Shown: positions 27,175 through 40,654 of the stretch, piece by piece | How positions within the stretch are numbered: the stretch's first letter is position 1 | Layout of the letters: every line of letters begins with the position of its first letter | Assembly (NCBI GenBank): GCA_002189035.1 | Contig: CM007989.1 | Span: 3,658,001-3,722,000, forward strand | From: Utricularia gibba | Taxonomy: Eukaryota; Plantae; Magnoliophyta | Direction of reading: 5' to 3' | DNA length: 64,000 bases | Notes under the pieces: generated by a model | Told to the model about the DNA's origin: nothing | The model's database searches: none | What the model saw: the letters and a program-made list of their open reading frames with translations, nothing else | Program-made: the position numbers and the translations under genes

Positions 27175-30100
27175 CTACCAACTTGATAACATCCTACGGT
27201 TCAATCGTTTCCTCCAGTACCTCCACCCAACTTGGATCCTTATGGCTGCTTGCGATCGATAGTATGGTGATTGGTACCTTCAACAAAAAAAAATTATAAC
27301 TTGTATTGGATCTAGTCTTTAGAGCAATTATTTGTTCCAAATTCCTATTGTTGACATGAGGAGTGCACCTTATAGCGCTTTGGACTCGAGGGCTACTCAA
27401 GAATCTGGAAAAGAGGCTGGTGATTTCTTCAAGATCTGGACATCGGAGGACAAACGCTTCCACATTCGTGAGGCATCTCAAAATCCTATTGCTAAGCAGG
27501 ATTCGAGGTCTCTTCCAATCTGGGAGACAAGCATTCATTTATGTTAACTTCATTGATGGTGGATCGATTACCTACGAGGGAAGGAAGAAAGAGTGGGACT
27601 TGCGAGTGTACCTCCTCTTAAAGATGAATTCTCAAGGCACCAAGTGAGGAGTTCTTCTCCACAGACATCGCCTTCTGTCAACGGAACAACGATCTGATCC
27701 TCTCCGATGCTCTCCATCTGGCCACGGATGATGAACACCATTTTGTCAATGATGCCACCTTGGAAGAATATCTTGCCTCCTTTGATAAATGTTCTTGTCC
27801 GTAGTCGTTCACATATGGCGTCTATGATCACATCGTCCAGCAGTTGGAAGATCCTGACCTGCCACCAAGAGAAACGAATTCTAGACTGCACTTATGGATA
27901 AAGTTTCAAGTTTCCTTTTTGGAATGACTAACTCTCTTCACATATTTGAAGAGATGGCGTCGAATGTCTCGCTGAAGGTCTTCAGGCAGATTCTCCATCA
28001 ACCCTTCTTCATCTACTCCACGAGTCGCCGCCCAGTAAAAGCGTTCTGCATCTCGAACTTGCCTGCACGACGTGGCATCTAATTGAAGTTAGTGTCACAT
28101 GGAAGAGGAACTGAAACGTCTTAGAAAGGGACCTGCGGAGATCTTCCGGCAAGCGACGGTGTCTCATCCACTGCTCGACATCACGATGTCTTAAGGACAT
28201 TTCTAATCTCCTGATAAGAAACAACTGAAACTGTTCGGATTTTCTAGAGATGAAAAGCTACGACACACCACTCGTAGTTTTCATACCTGCGGCCAAGAGA
28301 TTGGAGAAAGTTCTGCATGTTACCGATGAGCAGAGCAAAGAGCAAGAGCCCGATTCCAATGATCAACATGGTAAAAAGCACTTCCCAGACGAAGGAACTC
28401 GGAGCTTGATTCCCAGCAAGTGTACTGATTTGCTAGCAAAACAGCAGGAGATGTAGAGTCTAAAAGAACACATGCAGAAACACGGCAGAAATACATACCT
28501 GGAAACCCCAGAACAGAGAGTATATGTATCTTGTGATGACACTTCGTTGGGTGGTTAATAGAATGCCATTTTGGTAAATCCCATAGGCGAAGGTCCCTCC
28601 TACTGGTACAAAACAAGCACTTGCATTGCTATTATTCACCCAGCTTCCCCAAGTCGCATCCTTTTTAAACCCCGGAACGCCACCATGCCCACAGTCAATG
28701 AATTGCATGCAGTTTGCAATGCCGGAGGTGTGGCATGCATCTCTAAGGCACTGGTTCACTCTCTGGGAGAAGGGAAAAGAAAAATAAGACAGAAATGCCT
28801 TAGAAATCAAAGTTATGACAAGGGAGCCAACCTGTACAGCGAAAAGGTACCAGCACGAGCCTATAACATGACCAGCAAGAACAAACATGAGAAGATTAAT
28901 GATAAAGTTTGACCATGCAGACTCAAATATGAAGCCAGTTGAAGACTGTCCAGCTAACAGAGGAAAAAATCTGTACAGCCTTGGAATATACTGTGCGAGG
29001 ATGGCTGTGCGGAGAAGATTTTTTGCATAATTTGCACCAGTATCGCCTATGGAGCGAGGTAAAATCAATAATATGATGATCTGGAGATTGCATCAAAGCA
29101 TCAATGGTTAAAGAAAATATCAAAAGTGTAGGATTGCAGCAGGGTAATACCTGGGGAAGAGGCAGAACAACAAAGAAGTCGAGGATAAAATATCCAGAGA
29201 GATACTTCTGAGCAATTTTTTTAGGGTCATCCACCAGAGCTCCTGCACCCACAACTTTAGACTCTGGCGCAACATAAGCTAACCTAAACTGCAAACAGAA
29301 CAAAATGGGATAACTTGTATGAACCTAACCTGCAGAAGTTGGAAACACACCACTAGAGGGCAGTTACCTGAAGTAGAATATTCAGAAAGTATATGAAGTC
29401 ATTCAAGGTTCGCCAGATTACGAGTGCTTTTGTAAGGGGCCAATCTAGAACTATGCACTTGTTAACCTTCAAGGGAGAATAGGCTACAAGAACTTAGAAT
29501 CTGGCACTAACTTCAGGAGGTAAAATGCCACTAACAAGATAAGCATACCTGATTCGTTAAGAGCAGGAAGAAGAATAAGGGTCAACGAATATGGCGAATA
29601 AACAGGACACAACTAAGAACTTGTTCCACCTCTGTATAATTTTTGCATGAGGATTCATAACACCAGGGATACAAGACCGCATGAAAAGGCACATTCTCCT
29701 TGCGCACCCCCCTCCATCTCCCTGTAACAGATTATGGTACTGCAGAAAAGTTGGAGACTTGAGATTAAAATAAAATCCACATGACGGCACTACATGGTGC
29801 ACAGAGCAACACGAAATCCACATACATTTGCAGCGAATATATTTAGAGCACTTGAACGGTGTAAGGAAGGCCGATCATGGTAAACTGTTGGACACAATGT
29901 ACAGTAAGGATCATTGCACATTCCTAGTTGCCCAGATCTGATAAGATTGTCACTCCTGACTTCATTAGTGTCCACTGGCCAGACTCTACCGCTCGCTCCT
30001 GTTTCTAGAGTCGCCTCTAAAGCATGTTGCTCCAAGGCTACAGAGTGTGGCTCAATGGAGACCTCATGATTATGGCCAGAATAAAGAGGGGCCGAAGCTT

Positions 30101-30236
30101 GTCCGCGACCTCTCAGTGGTCCAGTAGAGCCCTCTGAGTTGTTCTGCTCCGAAGCATCCATAGTGTTCGAACGTAGAGTCATTGAAGCACTTCTGAACCT
30201 AGGCGTATTTGAGTCCCCCCGATTAATTGGTCGCAT
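27175..30236 (-). CDS. CNGC20: Cyclic nucleotide-gated channel, group III CNGC19/20-like; one apparent -1 C error at 29579-29581; start codon uncertain
   Basis: RSGQLGMCNDPYC, PGVMNPHAK, FRLAYVAPES, GANYAKNLLR, FIFESAWSNF, YSLFWGFQ, RDVEQWMRHRRLP, CNBD KMVFIIRG...GDVCGEELLTWC, TNVEAF and C-terminal IQ motif AAIRIQVGWRYWRKR. Confidence 0.93.
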
Positions 30237-33200
30237 TCTTATGTATTTCCTCTGACTATGAAGCTTTCCTACACAATCTGTGAATGAGAAAGATACACAG
30301 GCGAGTGATACTCTGGTCAACGCAATATCTTGGCCAAGAATGCAATATGCACTGCTAAATAAGCATTCCCAGATTACTTCTGCTGATCTAAACCCAACAT
30401 CCACCACTTGTTGCGGAATTCAGTCCTTGAGGATTCACACATAAAAGCCGTAACATGCTTGAACGAAGCGTCAAAGTTCGGCCTTTTCTTCCTCTGAAGA
30501 TTAAAAAACAGGCTGCCGTACTAAATTCTACTGGAACTGTGATATGGTCAGGAAGCATCAAAGAAACCCATTATCTACCTATACAGAAGAAGAAGAAGAA
30601 AAGAAGGATACATACCTGAGAAGTTAACACAGCCGGAAAACGAAAAGGAGCAAATCAAGGTTGTCCCACTCCCACGGCCCCAGCTGAACAAGACCCGGCA
30701 ACTTGGACCAGATAAATTTATCAACGGAAAAGACGGGGTAAATGTAAGAAAGCACACAAGTTGGGAAAGCGCACTGGTGTGACTCTCCAAGCGCCTGCAC
30801 ATAGGCACACACACACACATACACGGACGGGTATCCGTGTTTTCTGGTTTGACCGGTGGCGGGGGTAGGGGCAGGGGAGCGATAGGTGTTGACTTTCTGA
30901 TCATTTTGGCTTCGGAACTGAACATCCGGCATTCATTGCTATTTGCTAGTGAATGTTTTTTACTTGCGTAATTGCGTAGTGGGACATATGAGCCCTTAGT
31001 CTACCAGAAGGAATACAATACGGGCTCCATATTGGGCCGGTTCATGTGGGCCCAACATAACAGCCATGCCATTATGGCACAGCACAGCACCACACAATCC
31101 ATATTTGGTAAGTATGCTTACCCATTTAAACGCATGTGTATTAAAAAATATATTTTAATAAATATATTCTTCAATATAAATGCGATTTTTTTAAAAAAAA
31201 TTCAATCATATATTAAATCTCTTATTTTATGTGAATTTTGTTAATCAAATACGGTTTAATCTTTTTAACATGTTTTTCTTCTATTTTTCCATAGTATACT
31301 AAAAAAAATAATATAAAATCATAGTCAATAAATAAACAACCATTATATTTAAATCTAAGGTTAAACTCATAATTCAATCCATAGAAATCGCAATTTTTTG
31401 GATTTGATTCAGTAAAATCATAAATCTAACCGTCGAATCAAAAAAAAATTGGTGATATCATAATTTTTTATAAAAAAAAATTGAAATTTAAAAATTGAAT
31501 CTAATTCAGTGTATTATAAAGATAGTTCAATTCAAAATATAAATGGTGCCTTTGACCCTTATCAATGTCCGTCTCCCCCGTACTACTAATGAGGCGTGAG
31601 CAAACCCAGATGAGATGGTACCAGTACAGGAATGGATGATATTTTATAAATCTATCCATTGTATCTTTCTTTCTCTCTCGCACAGTAAAATTATTTTTTT
31701 TCACATGGGATATTTACTTTTTTCACATACTAATTTCACATTGGGTATTTTTTTTTTTTTAAAAAAAAACCCAAGCTCTTGTCTGTTAGTAGGCTTCTTT
31801 TTTCAGTGACGTGGAGACTCACTTGTTAAAATTAAAGATTTAATGAGTAATATAAACATATATGAAATATAAATATATAAAAAATATGAATCATATTAAA
31901 AAAAATATTAAATTCAATCAATTACTAATAATATACAATCGCTTCTCTCTATAATAGTTGTTATGATGGTAAACCTAGTAGACTTAAGACTTGGACTGGA
32001 AACCAAGGAAGGCACCCTCTGAGTTTGTCCAGGTGAGATGGTGAATCCAAGAGGGTTGAATTCAGATTAGCAGTTGCTTGGTTTGAGGGTGGATTCTGGA
32101 GTCTGAAAGTTAGGTGGAACTGGCGACCTGTTTCCCCATCAATCTCCTGCATATCATCGCAATCAACTGAAGGTGAAGCATTAGCAGACCTGCCTGCCCC
32201 TTAGCCTCCAGCATTAGGTGGAAAACCAATATATTATATATACTAACACACAGTAACAGGAACAAAGGAGTGCCCACCCGGTAGGCCAACCGTCAAAAAC
32301 TCAAGGCTGCTTCCCCTAACTGACAAAAAATCTTCCTCCCCACCAAACGCTTACGCCTGCCTAATTAAACAATACCGATAGACATAGATAGGCAGTGTTA
32401 AAATTGAAGATTCGATGGATCGAATGAGTTGAAATTCTAAGTATTCAAGAAATATGGATTATATTAAAAAAAAATATATTATTGACAATTTATAATTTTT
32501 TATATATTTGAATATTTTATTTTCAAAATATCAATTTGAAAAGAGGATGGATGATCATTGTAGAATGTTCTTGGGTTAAAAAAAGAGAACTAAGTAGAGA
32601 GAGAATACTTGATCAACTGCGTGGTGAGGTGGTTGTCGCAGGTCAAAAAAGGAGTTGAAACAATCACCATACCAAGATGCGAGTTCAAACCTGAGGACTT
32701 GATCAAAAGCCAATATGTATTTGTGTGACACGTGTGTGCCGGAGAGCAGAACCCGTTTCTTCTGATGCCGTCTTCTTCAATTCCTGTGTGTTGTGTGGCA
32801 CCCTGACCCTTCAAACCCTTCCTGCTAAAGAAATCAGCTCCTGCTTATCCTCCTACTCCCAACGTACTACTTTACAAAACCCATGTAATAAGAAAGAGTT
32901 TCACACTGACTCCTGGGATGGTTTCATTACCGGGTTCCTGGTTCTTTCTTACACAGGCTTTGGCATGGTAACTGGTAAAGAGGAGTAGGTAATGTTGATG
33001 GGGTGTTGTTAAAAGGCGTGTGACTTACGGGATTTAGTTAAATGGTTGCATCATCAGTCAGTGTGCTGGTCTGTCTAAATCCGCCCCTAACGGAAAACAC
33101 TCGTTTATCTAACTTCTACTTGCCTCCACATCTTCTCCTTATATGTGGACCTCGTCTCCTATCCTTTCTACCTCTTTTTTTTATTTTCCACCCTGATGCT

Positions 33201-33296
33201 TTTTTTCTCTTCGTCTTCTTGTCTGGATCTTTAGGGTTTTTGGGGGATGATCATATACTGGGAGTAGTTGCTCTCACGTCTAGATTGGAAGGGGAG

Positions 33297-34305
33297 ATGG
33301 TGTGTACTAGGGGCCACTGGCGGCCGGCGGAGGACGAGAAGCTCCGGCAGTTGGTCGCCAAGTACGGACCGCATAACTGGAACGCTATAGCAGAGAAGCT
33401 GCAAGGAAGATCAGGTGAAGATTTGTTCCTATTTGGACAAGAAAGATGGGATATTCAACTTCACAGTTTTCTAGGGTTTGATGTCCACCATCATCTTTAT
33501 CTCCACCGTATAATATTCTGCAGTGTTCCTTGTCATTCCAAATGAAAATCACGAATTTAGTCATCGAATACTGTCTTTGCGGAGTGCCTTCAATCGTTTG
33601 TGCATTTCCTAGTACTTTTCATTTCCGGATGGTGACAGTTGAGATCTCGTTATCAGGGAAGAGCTGTAGGCTGAGATGGTTCAATCAGCTGGATCCTCGG
33701 ATCAACCGGAGCCCCTTCACCGCCGGAGAAGAGGAGCGGCTGCTGGCGTGCCACCAGATATACGGCAACCGGTGGGCGGTGATCGCCAGATACTTTCCGG
33801 GGCGCACCGACAACGCTGTCAAGAACCACTGGCATGTGATCATGGCAAGAAAATGCAGAGCCAAGTCCAAAAGCTACAACACTTCCAGTGAGCAGCAGCG
33901 ACCCCATAACACCAAGCTTCATCACACCATCGTGCATCAAGGTAAAATCCAAATCTCTGTGCTCATAATAACTCAAACAAAAGCAATTCATTGCATCCTT
34001 CTGACAACATGGGCCGCCATGAATTCTGCCACACAGAAATTGTGTCGGTGGCAGCATGTCGGATAGTGTCTGTTCAGTCCCATTCCAATACACCATTAAA
34101 AAGTGGTCTCTCACTGATGCCCTGGAATCTTCCATCTGCAGACAGAAGCAGTAAGCACGTGCGGTTTTATGACTTCCTACAAGTAAGGAAAACAGAAGCA
34201 GATGGTGATGAGGAGGAAGCAGAGTGGAGTAGCCAAAGCAAGAAGGCTGCGGTGCAGTTCATAGACTTCTTATCCCTCGGAAGCAGCTCTTCTTCATCCC
34301 TGTAA
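33297..34305 (+). CDS. R2R3-MYB transcription factor, subgroup 21 (MYB52/MYB54-like); frame junction near 33941-33950 unresolved
   Basis: [20 protein letters not shown]...[14 protein letters not shown] | [15 protein letters not shown]...[24 protein letters not shown]; C-terminal RFYDFL and QFIDFL motifs lie in another frame. Confidence 0.9.
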
Positions 34306-35056
34306 GTGTGCAAACAGACAAGATTCTTCATCTTAACCCGTGTCCGAAGAGTGCTGGTTTCGATGAAATGAATCTGGGGATGAAAAGCAGTTTTCAACAG
34401 CAGGAGTACAGGCACATAGCAACTCACTCCATCTCTTGATGTTTGGTGTAATGTAACGATCAGACAATTATCGCTGATATGTCTGTAATGACTTTTACAG
34501 CAAAAGGATTTGACCAATAAGAAAGAAAGCATGCAAGATGATTAGTTTATGAGTGCTTTTGTAGGCATTTTCTGGATGGGATTTATTGGAGTGTATTATA
34601 AAAATTGGTTCAAAGAAATTAATCTATGTATAAAATTTTGATGGTAACATGTGAGAGATAAAAATCAGATTATCATTTTACTAAATGACTTGATTTATGA
34701 AGCGTAAATTAAAATGTGGATTTTTATTTAATTTTATAATTAAAAATAATATTCTAAATTTCCGTTACATATTTCATAATATTTTAAAATCGAATTTAAT
34801 CCATATTTCGATTTATTTTAAAAAATATTGAATTTTATTCAAAAAATAATAAATAATTTCGAATTTAAACTTGGCTTTTAACCGGCCCACACGTGCGAAG
34901 CCCAGATGTAAGATTTGCTGGCCCATCAACATTTCTCTGATTCTCACACGTGCGTCACAGAGGTTACATTTTTCCCATAATAAACAATTTTTGTTTTTCA
35001 GAAAAAAAAAAGAAAAGGAAACACCTGGACGTGGGCCCCAACACCTAGTAGCTGCT

Positions 35057-38000
35057 TTAGGATGATATGGGTTCATACGGGTATTGCAACCAGGGGTGCT
35101 TCAGCGCCTCCGCAGCCGACGGCCGCTTCTTCGGGTTCACTTCCAGAAGGTGGGCGACAAAATCCACGAAGCCCTGATCGCCCATCGGCAGCCGGTGCTT
35201 CAGGGACGACTTCTTGGGTATCAGATACTCCAGTCTATTAGAGTCCTGGATGCAGAGCGTTACAGAAAAGATCAGGCAGGCGCAAACATTAACCTCTCCA
35301 TTCAAACTGCAACAAGGAGTTAAGGGAGTCACCTGGTTTCTTTCGTAAAGCATGTGGTTTTTGGTGAAATATTTGTACGTATCTTTTCCTCTCCTCAGGA
35401 TCTCTGGTTCGATTGGCCCAATAATCCCGATTACTCTGGCAAGCAGAGTGGCAGGGGAGTCATTTTGGAATAGCACCTGCAGTGATGAGGGAAGAGAAGA
35501 ACCAACCATGGTCAGATGATATTGGGACTGGGGAGAGATGCAAACTAGCACAACTTACGTTGCCTGTACAGAGTTCTGCCAGGATGCAACCAAGAGACCA
35601 AATGTCAATCTTTTTATCGTATGGAAGTCCTAAAATGACTTCCGGTGCCCGATACGATCTAGATTGAACATATGAACAAAGATGGTCTGTCTCAAAGCAA
35701 CTACTTCCGAGATCAATGACTTTCACCTCGCATCTACTGTAACTTTTCACTAGTATATTCTCTGGTTTAAGGTCACAATGGATGAGGCCAAGGCCGTGAA
35801 GGAATTGAAGAGCTTCCAAGCACTGAATTGTGATTGACTGCACAACGATGACCCTATTAAAAGCAGAACTCACGATGCAGAAAAGTGACTGCCATAATGG
35901 AAACGAACCTGTAACCTTGGCATTGTGAAGTAGACCTCTCCACCAGATTCTCGGTTAAATTTATGGAACTCGTACAGGTTTGCTTTAAGCAATTCACATA
36001 CAATCAATAGATGTTCCTGCATACAAAACAATCATGCTTGTCAGCAGGATCACATGGCATACACGTCAAGATCAGAGAATTATGGTGCTTAGGATCACTT
36101 ACTCGATAATAGAAGTAATCATATAACCGAAGAATGTGATGCTTGTCACCAGGATCATGCTTGTTTACATATTTTAAAAGCTTTATTTCGTCAAGGCTCT
36201 GGTCAAAAAAATCCTTGTTGTTCTTTATTACTTTCACACAGACATCCATGCCAGTGTGCAAATCATGCGCCTGAATAGCCTTACTGAATGCGGCTGACCC
36301 CAGATATTCAGTGACATGATAGCGCCCAGCGATGACAGAGTTCAAAACAACATGAAAATTCTTGTCCTCCTCAAATCCAGTCCTGAAGAAAGTTCACGGA
36401 TTAAATTCACTGGACCTGAAACTTGATGTTTGAATCACATGGAATAACAGCCCCTACAGTTTCAGAGGGGGAAGCACTTTGACTAAAGAATAAGAAGCAA
36501 AAATGGTCACAGCATCCAGCGTAAAAACACGGACTTCAACGAAGTAGCTGAACAAAATAGTCCATACCTGTTTTTCCTGTGTACAATCTTCAAATAAAAG
36601 GTCTCAAACTCTTCCTCTTGTGCTCGTATTTGCTTCACTTGCTCTTGCACAACAGCAGCTTCTTCATCTTCCAAAGATGCTGCAGAATCGCCAATTCTTA
36701 AAACTGCTCCCTTTGAATCATCTTCCCTTGCATGTTTTTTCTCACAATGATTTGAGCAAGAAGAAGGGCTAGAAACAGCAAATTCCCCTGCATTATCAAG
36801 TTTTTCAGCCCTATGGCTTTTGGTTGGAAATGATTCACTGCTTTTATGCCTCCATGAACCAGGCATATCTTCATTAGCTATACCATCTTCATCATTTTCA
36901 TCAATGGCAGCGGCATTACCCCTTATTGACAACAAAGGTTTGCTTGAGCTTTCAGGAAGCAACCCCTCATGTCTAGCATGGGGAATGAGAACCCACCATC
37001 CATATGCCTTTTTGCAAGGGAATACGCATATTGATTTTCTGCATTATGTCTAATAGTTGAATTTGTCTCGTTTTTTGAGTTATCACTGACAGACTTATCC
37101 AACTCATCCTGTCGACATCCATATGTAGCAACGCCAACATCACGATCCAAGTAATACTCTAAATCACCTTCATGACTTCCTCCAACCAAACTTTCATGTG
37201 CTTCACTGCCTATATCAGCAACATCGCTGTTGATTCCTACCCCGATTGACCTGACTGAACCATGTTGATCATCATCAAGGTAGACATCCCCAGGGTGCAG
37301 CCGCTCGCATTCATTGACAACACTTCCTTTACCAAGAATAACGAGTTCATTTGTCTGGGTGACGAAGCCTTGCCATACAGGTTCTGCTTGCATCAAAATC
37401 AGTTCCTCCGGATCCATCAAATGACCATCATAATTGCTTAACTCACTTTTGTTGTTCCTTCTACACAACTGAGTTTTGGACATGCCAACAGGATCATCTG
37501 ACTGGACAACAGAATCAATATTTTTGGACTGGAAAGACTGCTCCCCAGAGATGTATGAATCTTCTTCAGCGAATGACTGATCATCTTCATCATTTTTACT
37601 CTGCCTCCTTTCTTGAGGGTTCGGAATATCTCTGTGCCCTGTCTCTTTTTCATTCTCACTGGGTAATCAATTTCATGAGCCAGAAACCAGGTCTCGTCTT
37701 CAATAGGCTGTCTCATATAACCAACATCATCTTCATCTTCATATTCATCCGAGTCCCAATATTCATTATAGTAGTCAATTTTCTCACTGACTCCATTGCC
37801 CATATTTGCAAAACCAGAAACAAGACCAGATGCATCCTCAGCAATGCTGTGACTTATAGAAAGCCATCTACCTCCTCCGAGCATTTTTCCTGAGCCATCA
37901 TTGATAAAAACAAGAAAAGTGGCATAAAAATAAGAAAGAGCTTTTCATAAAAAGAATTACTTTATTGCAGATACAAGCTAAAATATACAACTCGCATCAA

Positions 38001-39407
38001 CATAAACTTCTTAAAGCTTAACAAGTGAAAGGACCACATCATCAAATGGGCACTCCATCATTCATATGAACCATAGCATCAGAGAAAAACCTATACTAGA
38101 CCTTAAAAGTTAATAGCCTCAATGCTAGTCTTAATTCAATAGCTTCTTTTTTTAAAATATTAAGATAACATTATACTTGAAATCATAGAGTCCTTGGTTT
38201 CAAAACTGATTTTAGGCAAACCTGAGGTGTTGATTTCTTGGCCAACAGGCATATCCAAGAATGACCCGACATGAAGAGCATTTTCCCCATTCGCTATCTT
38301 AGGAACCGGTCCTTCCTGGTCATGTTTCTCATCCCAATGAATATTGAAAGGTTTCTCTTCAGACTTGAGCTTCACTGGTGGAAGTCTTGGGAGCTCTTCC
38401 CGTTGACTCTCAGACACACGAAAATCCTTTAGCTCATTGCTCTGGGTCTTCCCAAAAAAAAGGGCTCTTCCAACCTCATCCATTTGCTCCTTTATGGCTG
38501 CTCGAATCCCATCAAGCTCTGGTTTCCCTTTTCCATCATTTTTATCAACAAGAGGAGGCACGCCATTGAAACTGGTTGAGGTGTCTTCCTTGGAGAAGGG
38601 AAAAACGGTTTTCACTGAACATCCTTTCATTAGGTCTTGTGAATTCGCATGGACATCAATTCTGGAGCATGAATTCCCAATAATGTCATCTTTCACGCAC
38701 ATGTTATTTGGCTTCACCAACTTGTCAGCTAACTTGCATTCAAGTGTATCATACAATCGTCCAGAAATTGGATTACTAGTATTTCCAGGCCAAGAGAGTC
38801 TCCTTTCACTGAGAAAACTCGAACTCTCAAGTGGATTTTTACGCACATTGGCACTACCCAAGTTTTTATATGAATTTGGCCTGGCCTTCCCAGACACCTG
38901 GGGTTCCAAATTATCATCATGATCCAGTGCAACTTGACCATTCATCATCCCATAGTCCCATGGATACAAATCCAATTCATCATCATCAGAACTCCTGGAG
39001 AATGTAAAGTTCTTATCACTAGTGCCAACACTTGCATTGACCTTATTATGCTCACCTACTGTGCTATAGACCATCCACTTGTTCTCCAAACCATTTTTTC
39101 CAGTAGCGCAGTCAACTTCCTTCACAATTAGCTCCTTGGGTGCCTCCACACCACCTGATGCCGCTGAATCCTTTGGATTTTTCACAGTATGCCTAGCGCT
39201 GTTGTTTGAATCTTCTTCCACAACAGTGGCACCATCTGTGTTGTTTGATATGATCCCTGACTCCTGATCTGAAATAATTAGCTTTTTTAGGAATCCATTC
39301 GACGCTGATCTGTTATCCAGTTCACCTCTCAGTGCAGCCTCGGCTTCAGTGAATTTGTTGTTTCTGAGGAACTCCAGCACAACATCCACGGGATTTGAAT
39401 CAGCCAT
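35057..39407 (-). CDS. DYRKP: Plant-specific DYRK kinase (DYRKP type) with LisH-like N-terminus; two apparent -1 C errors (36980-36983, 37661-37663)
   Basis: [26 protein letters not shown]; IGSFLD-like VGSFLDMP; [14 protein letters not shown]; [15 protein letters not shown]; IHCDLKPEN; [26 protein letters not shown]; ends [13 protein letters not shown]. Confidence 0.92.
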
Positions 39408-40215
39408 ACATACACATACACACCGAAGAAGCGCATACAACAAAGGCGCTAGGAACACCACTCTGCCACACGGCCCACGCCTGAAAAGAAGGGAAGCAAA
39501 AAGAAGGAACCAGAGGTCCCTAGTTCAACACCCATTTAAGTACACTGAACGCTAACTATCGAACGTGCAATTTCCAGGATCCACCAGGACTATGCAACCA
39601 AAATCCGAATTATAAGAGCGAAATACATATATACAAAAATACAGAACATCATTACACTCAAGTTGCCGGCACGGAAACAAGGTAAGAAAACAAGAACGAG
39701 TAGCAGAAAGTGGACTGAGAACAACAAAGAAACAAGGAATTACTCCAGCATTCAAAAAATACCGTGCTTGACAAGAAACACCGAGGAGATTTCAGAAAGA
39801 TCTGCTCTTTCTTCCTAAACCCTAAGACATTACCCCAAATAGCTGAAATGGGAACAGAAGGAGCCTCGTAACGAACTGAAGTTGAAAACTTACAGATCGA
39901 CAAAATGTCGCAAGGGGAATCCCCAGTAGCTGCTGCTGAATGCATTCCTGTTCCTGCTCCAAAAACGACAGCGAACATCCCAATTCAAAACTCGTCCACC
40001 TCTATTTTCACTTTTTACCACACAAAGTTACTTTTGTTTTGGAGGTAACTGGACAAGGAAGACTTCGGCGAGGCGAGTGTAATAAATAGATCTCGCTCCG
40101 TACTGCTTCTGCAAAGCAACAAGAGCAATCCCAATTTTTAGGTCATAATGCCCATGCAAAAACATGAAGACGTGGAAAATAGCATATGGAAAGATCTCAT
40201 TTTATATGGATGATA

Positions 40216-40260
40216 ATGGGCTTATGGCCCAAACATGGCCCAGATGATGTAAATGGGCTT
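40216..40260. promoter_or_regulatory. Site II cluster in the divergent kinase/KdsD promoter
   Basis: TGGGCT, GGCCCA, GGCCCA and TGGGCT within 45 bp between two divergent 5' leaders. Confidence 0.6.
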
Positions 40261-40654
40261 CCCCATCAAGTCGTTGCTAGTCACGGGATCACCTTCCGAT
40301 TCGTGCCGCTCCGATCGGCTTTCTTCCTCCGGTGGCGTTTGCAGGTGCGCCTTTGTGTTTTCTGGTGTGACGGAGAATCATGTGTTGCGGGCCGGCGCTG
40401 GTCATGATTTGAATCAGTGTGTGAAGGAGCATTGTCGAATACCCTTAATCCTTCTTGTGAAATGTGGTCATTGTCGGTTGCATTGGAGAAAGCAATCTAT
40501 GGGTAGTTGTCTCTTAATTTGATTGGTTGGCAAGCATCGATCACATTCAATCAATTGTTTCATTGATGATTTGAATGAAAGCGTTCTTCCAGACTTTTGT
40601 CTTGGGGAATTCGACGGCGTCTTGCGTAGGAACAAGGTTTAATCTAGAACGTAA

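Noticed and set aside
31100-31950. AT-rich intergenic tracts (also 34560-34870, 44780-45530, 59360-59680) as MITEs or Helitrons
   Set aside because: I could not identify terminal inverted repeats, target-site duplications or Helitron ends.
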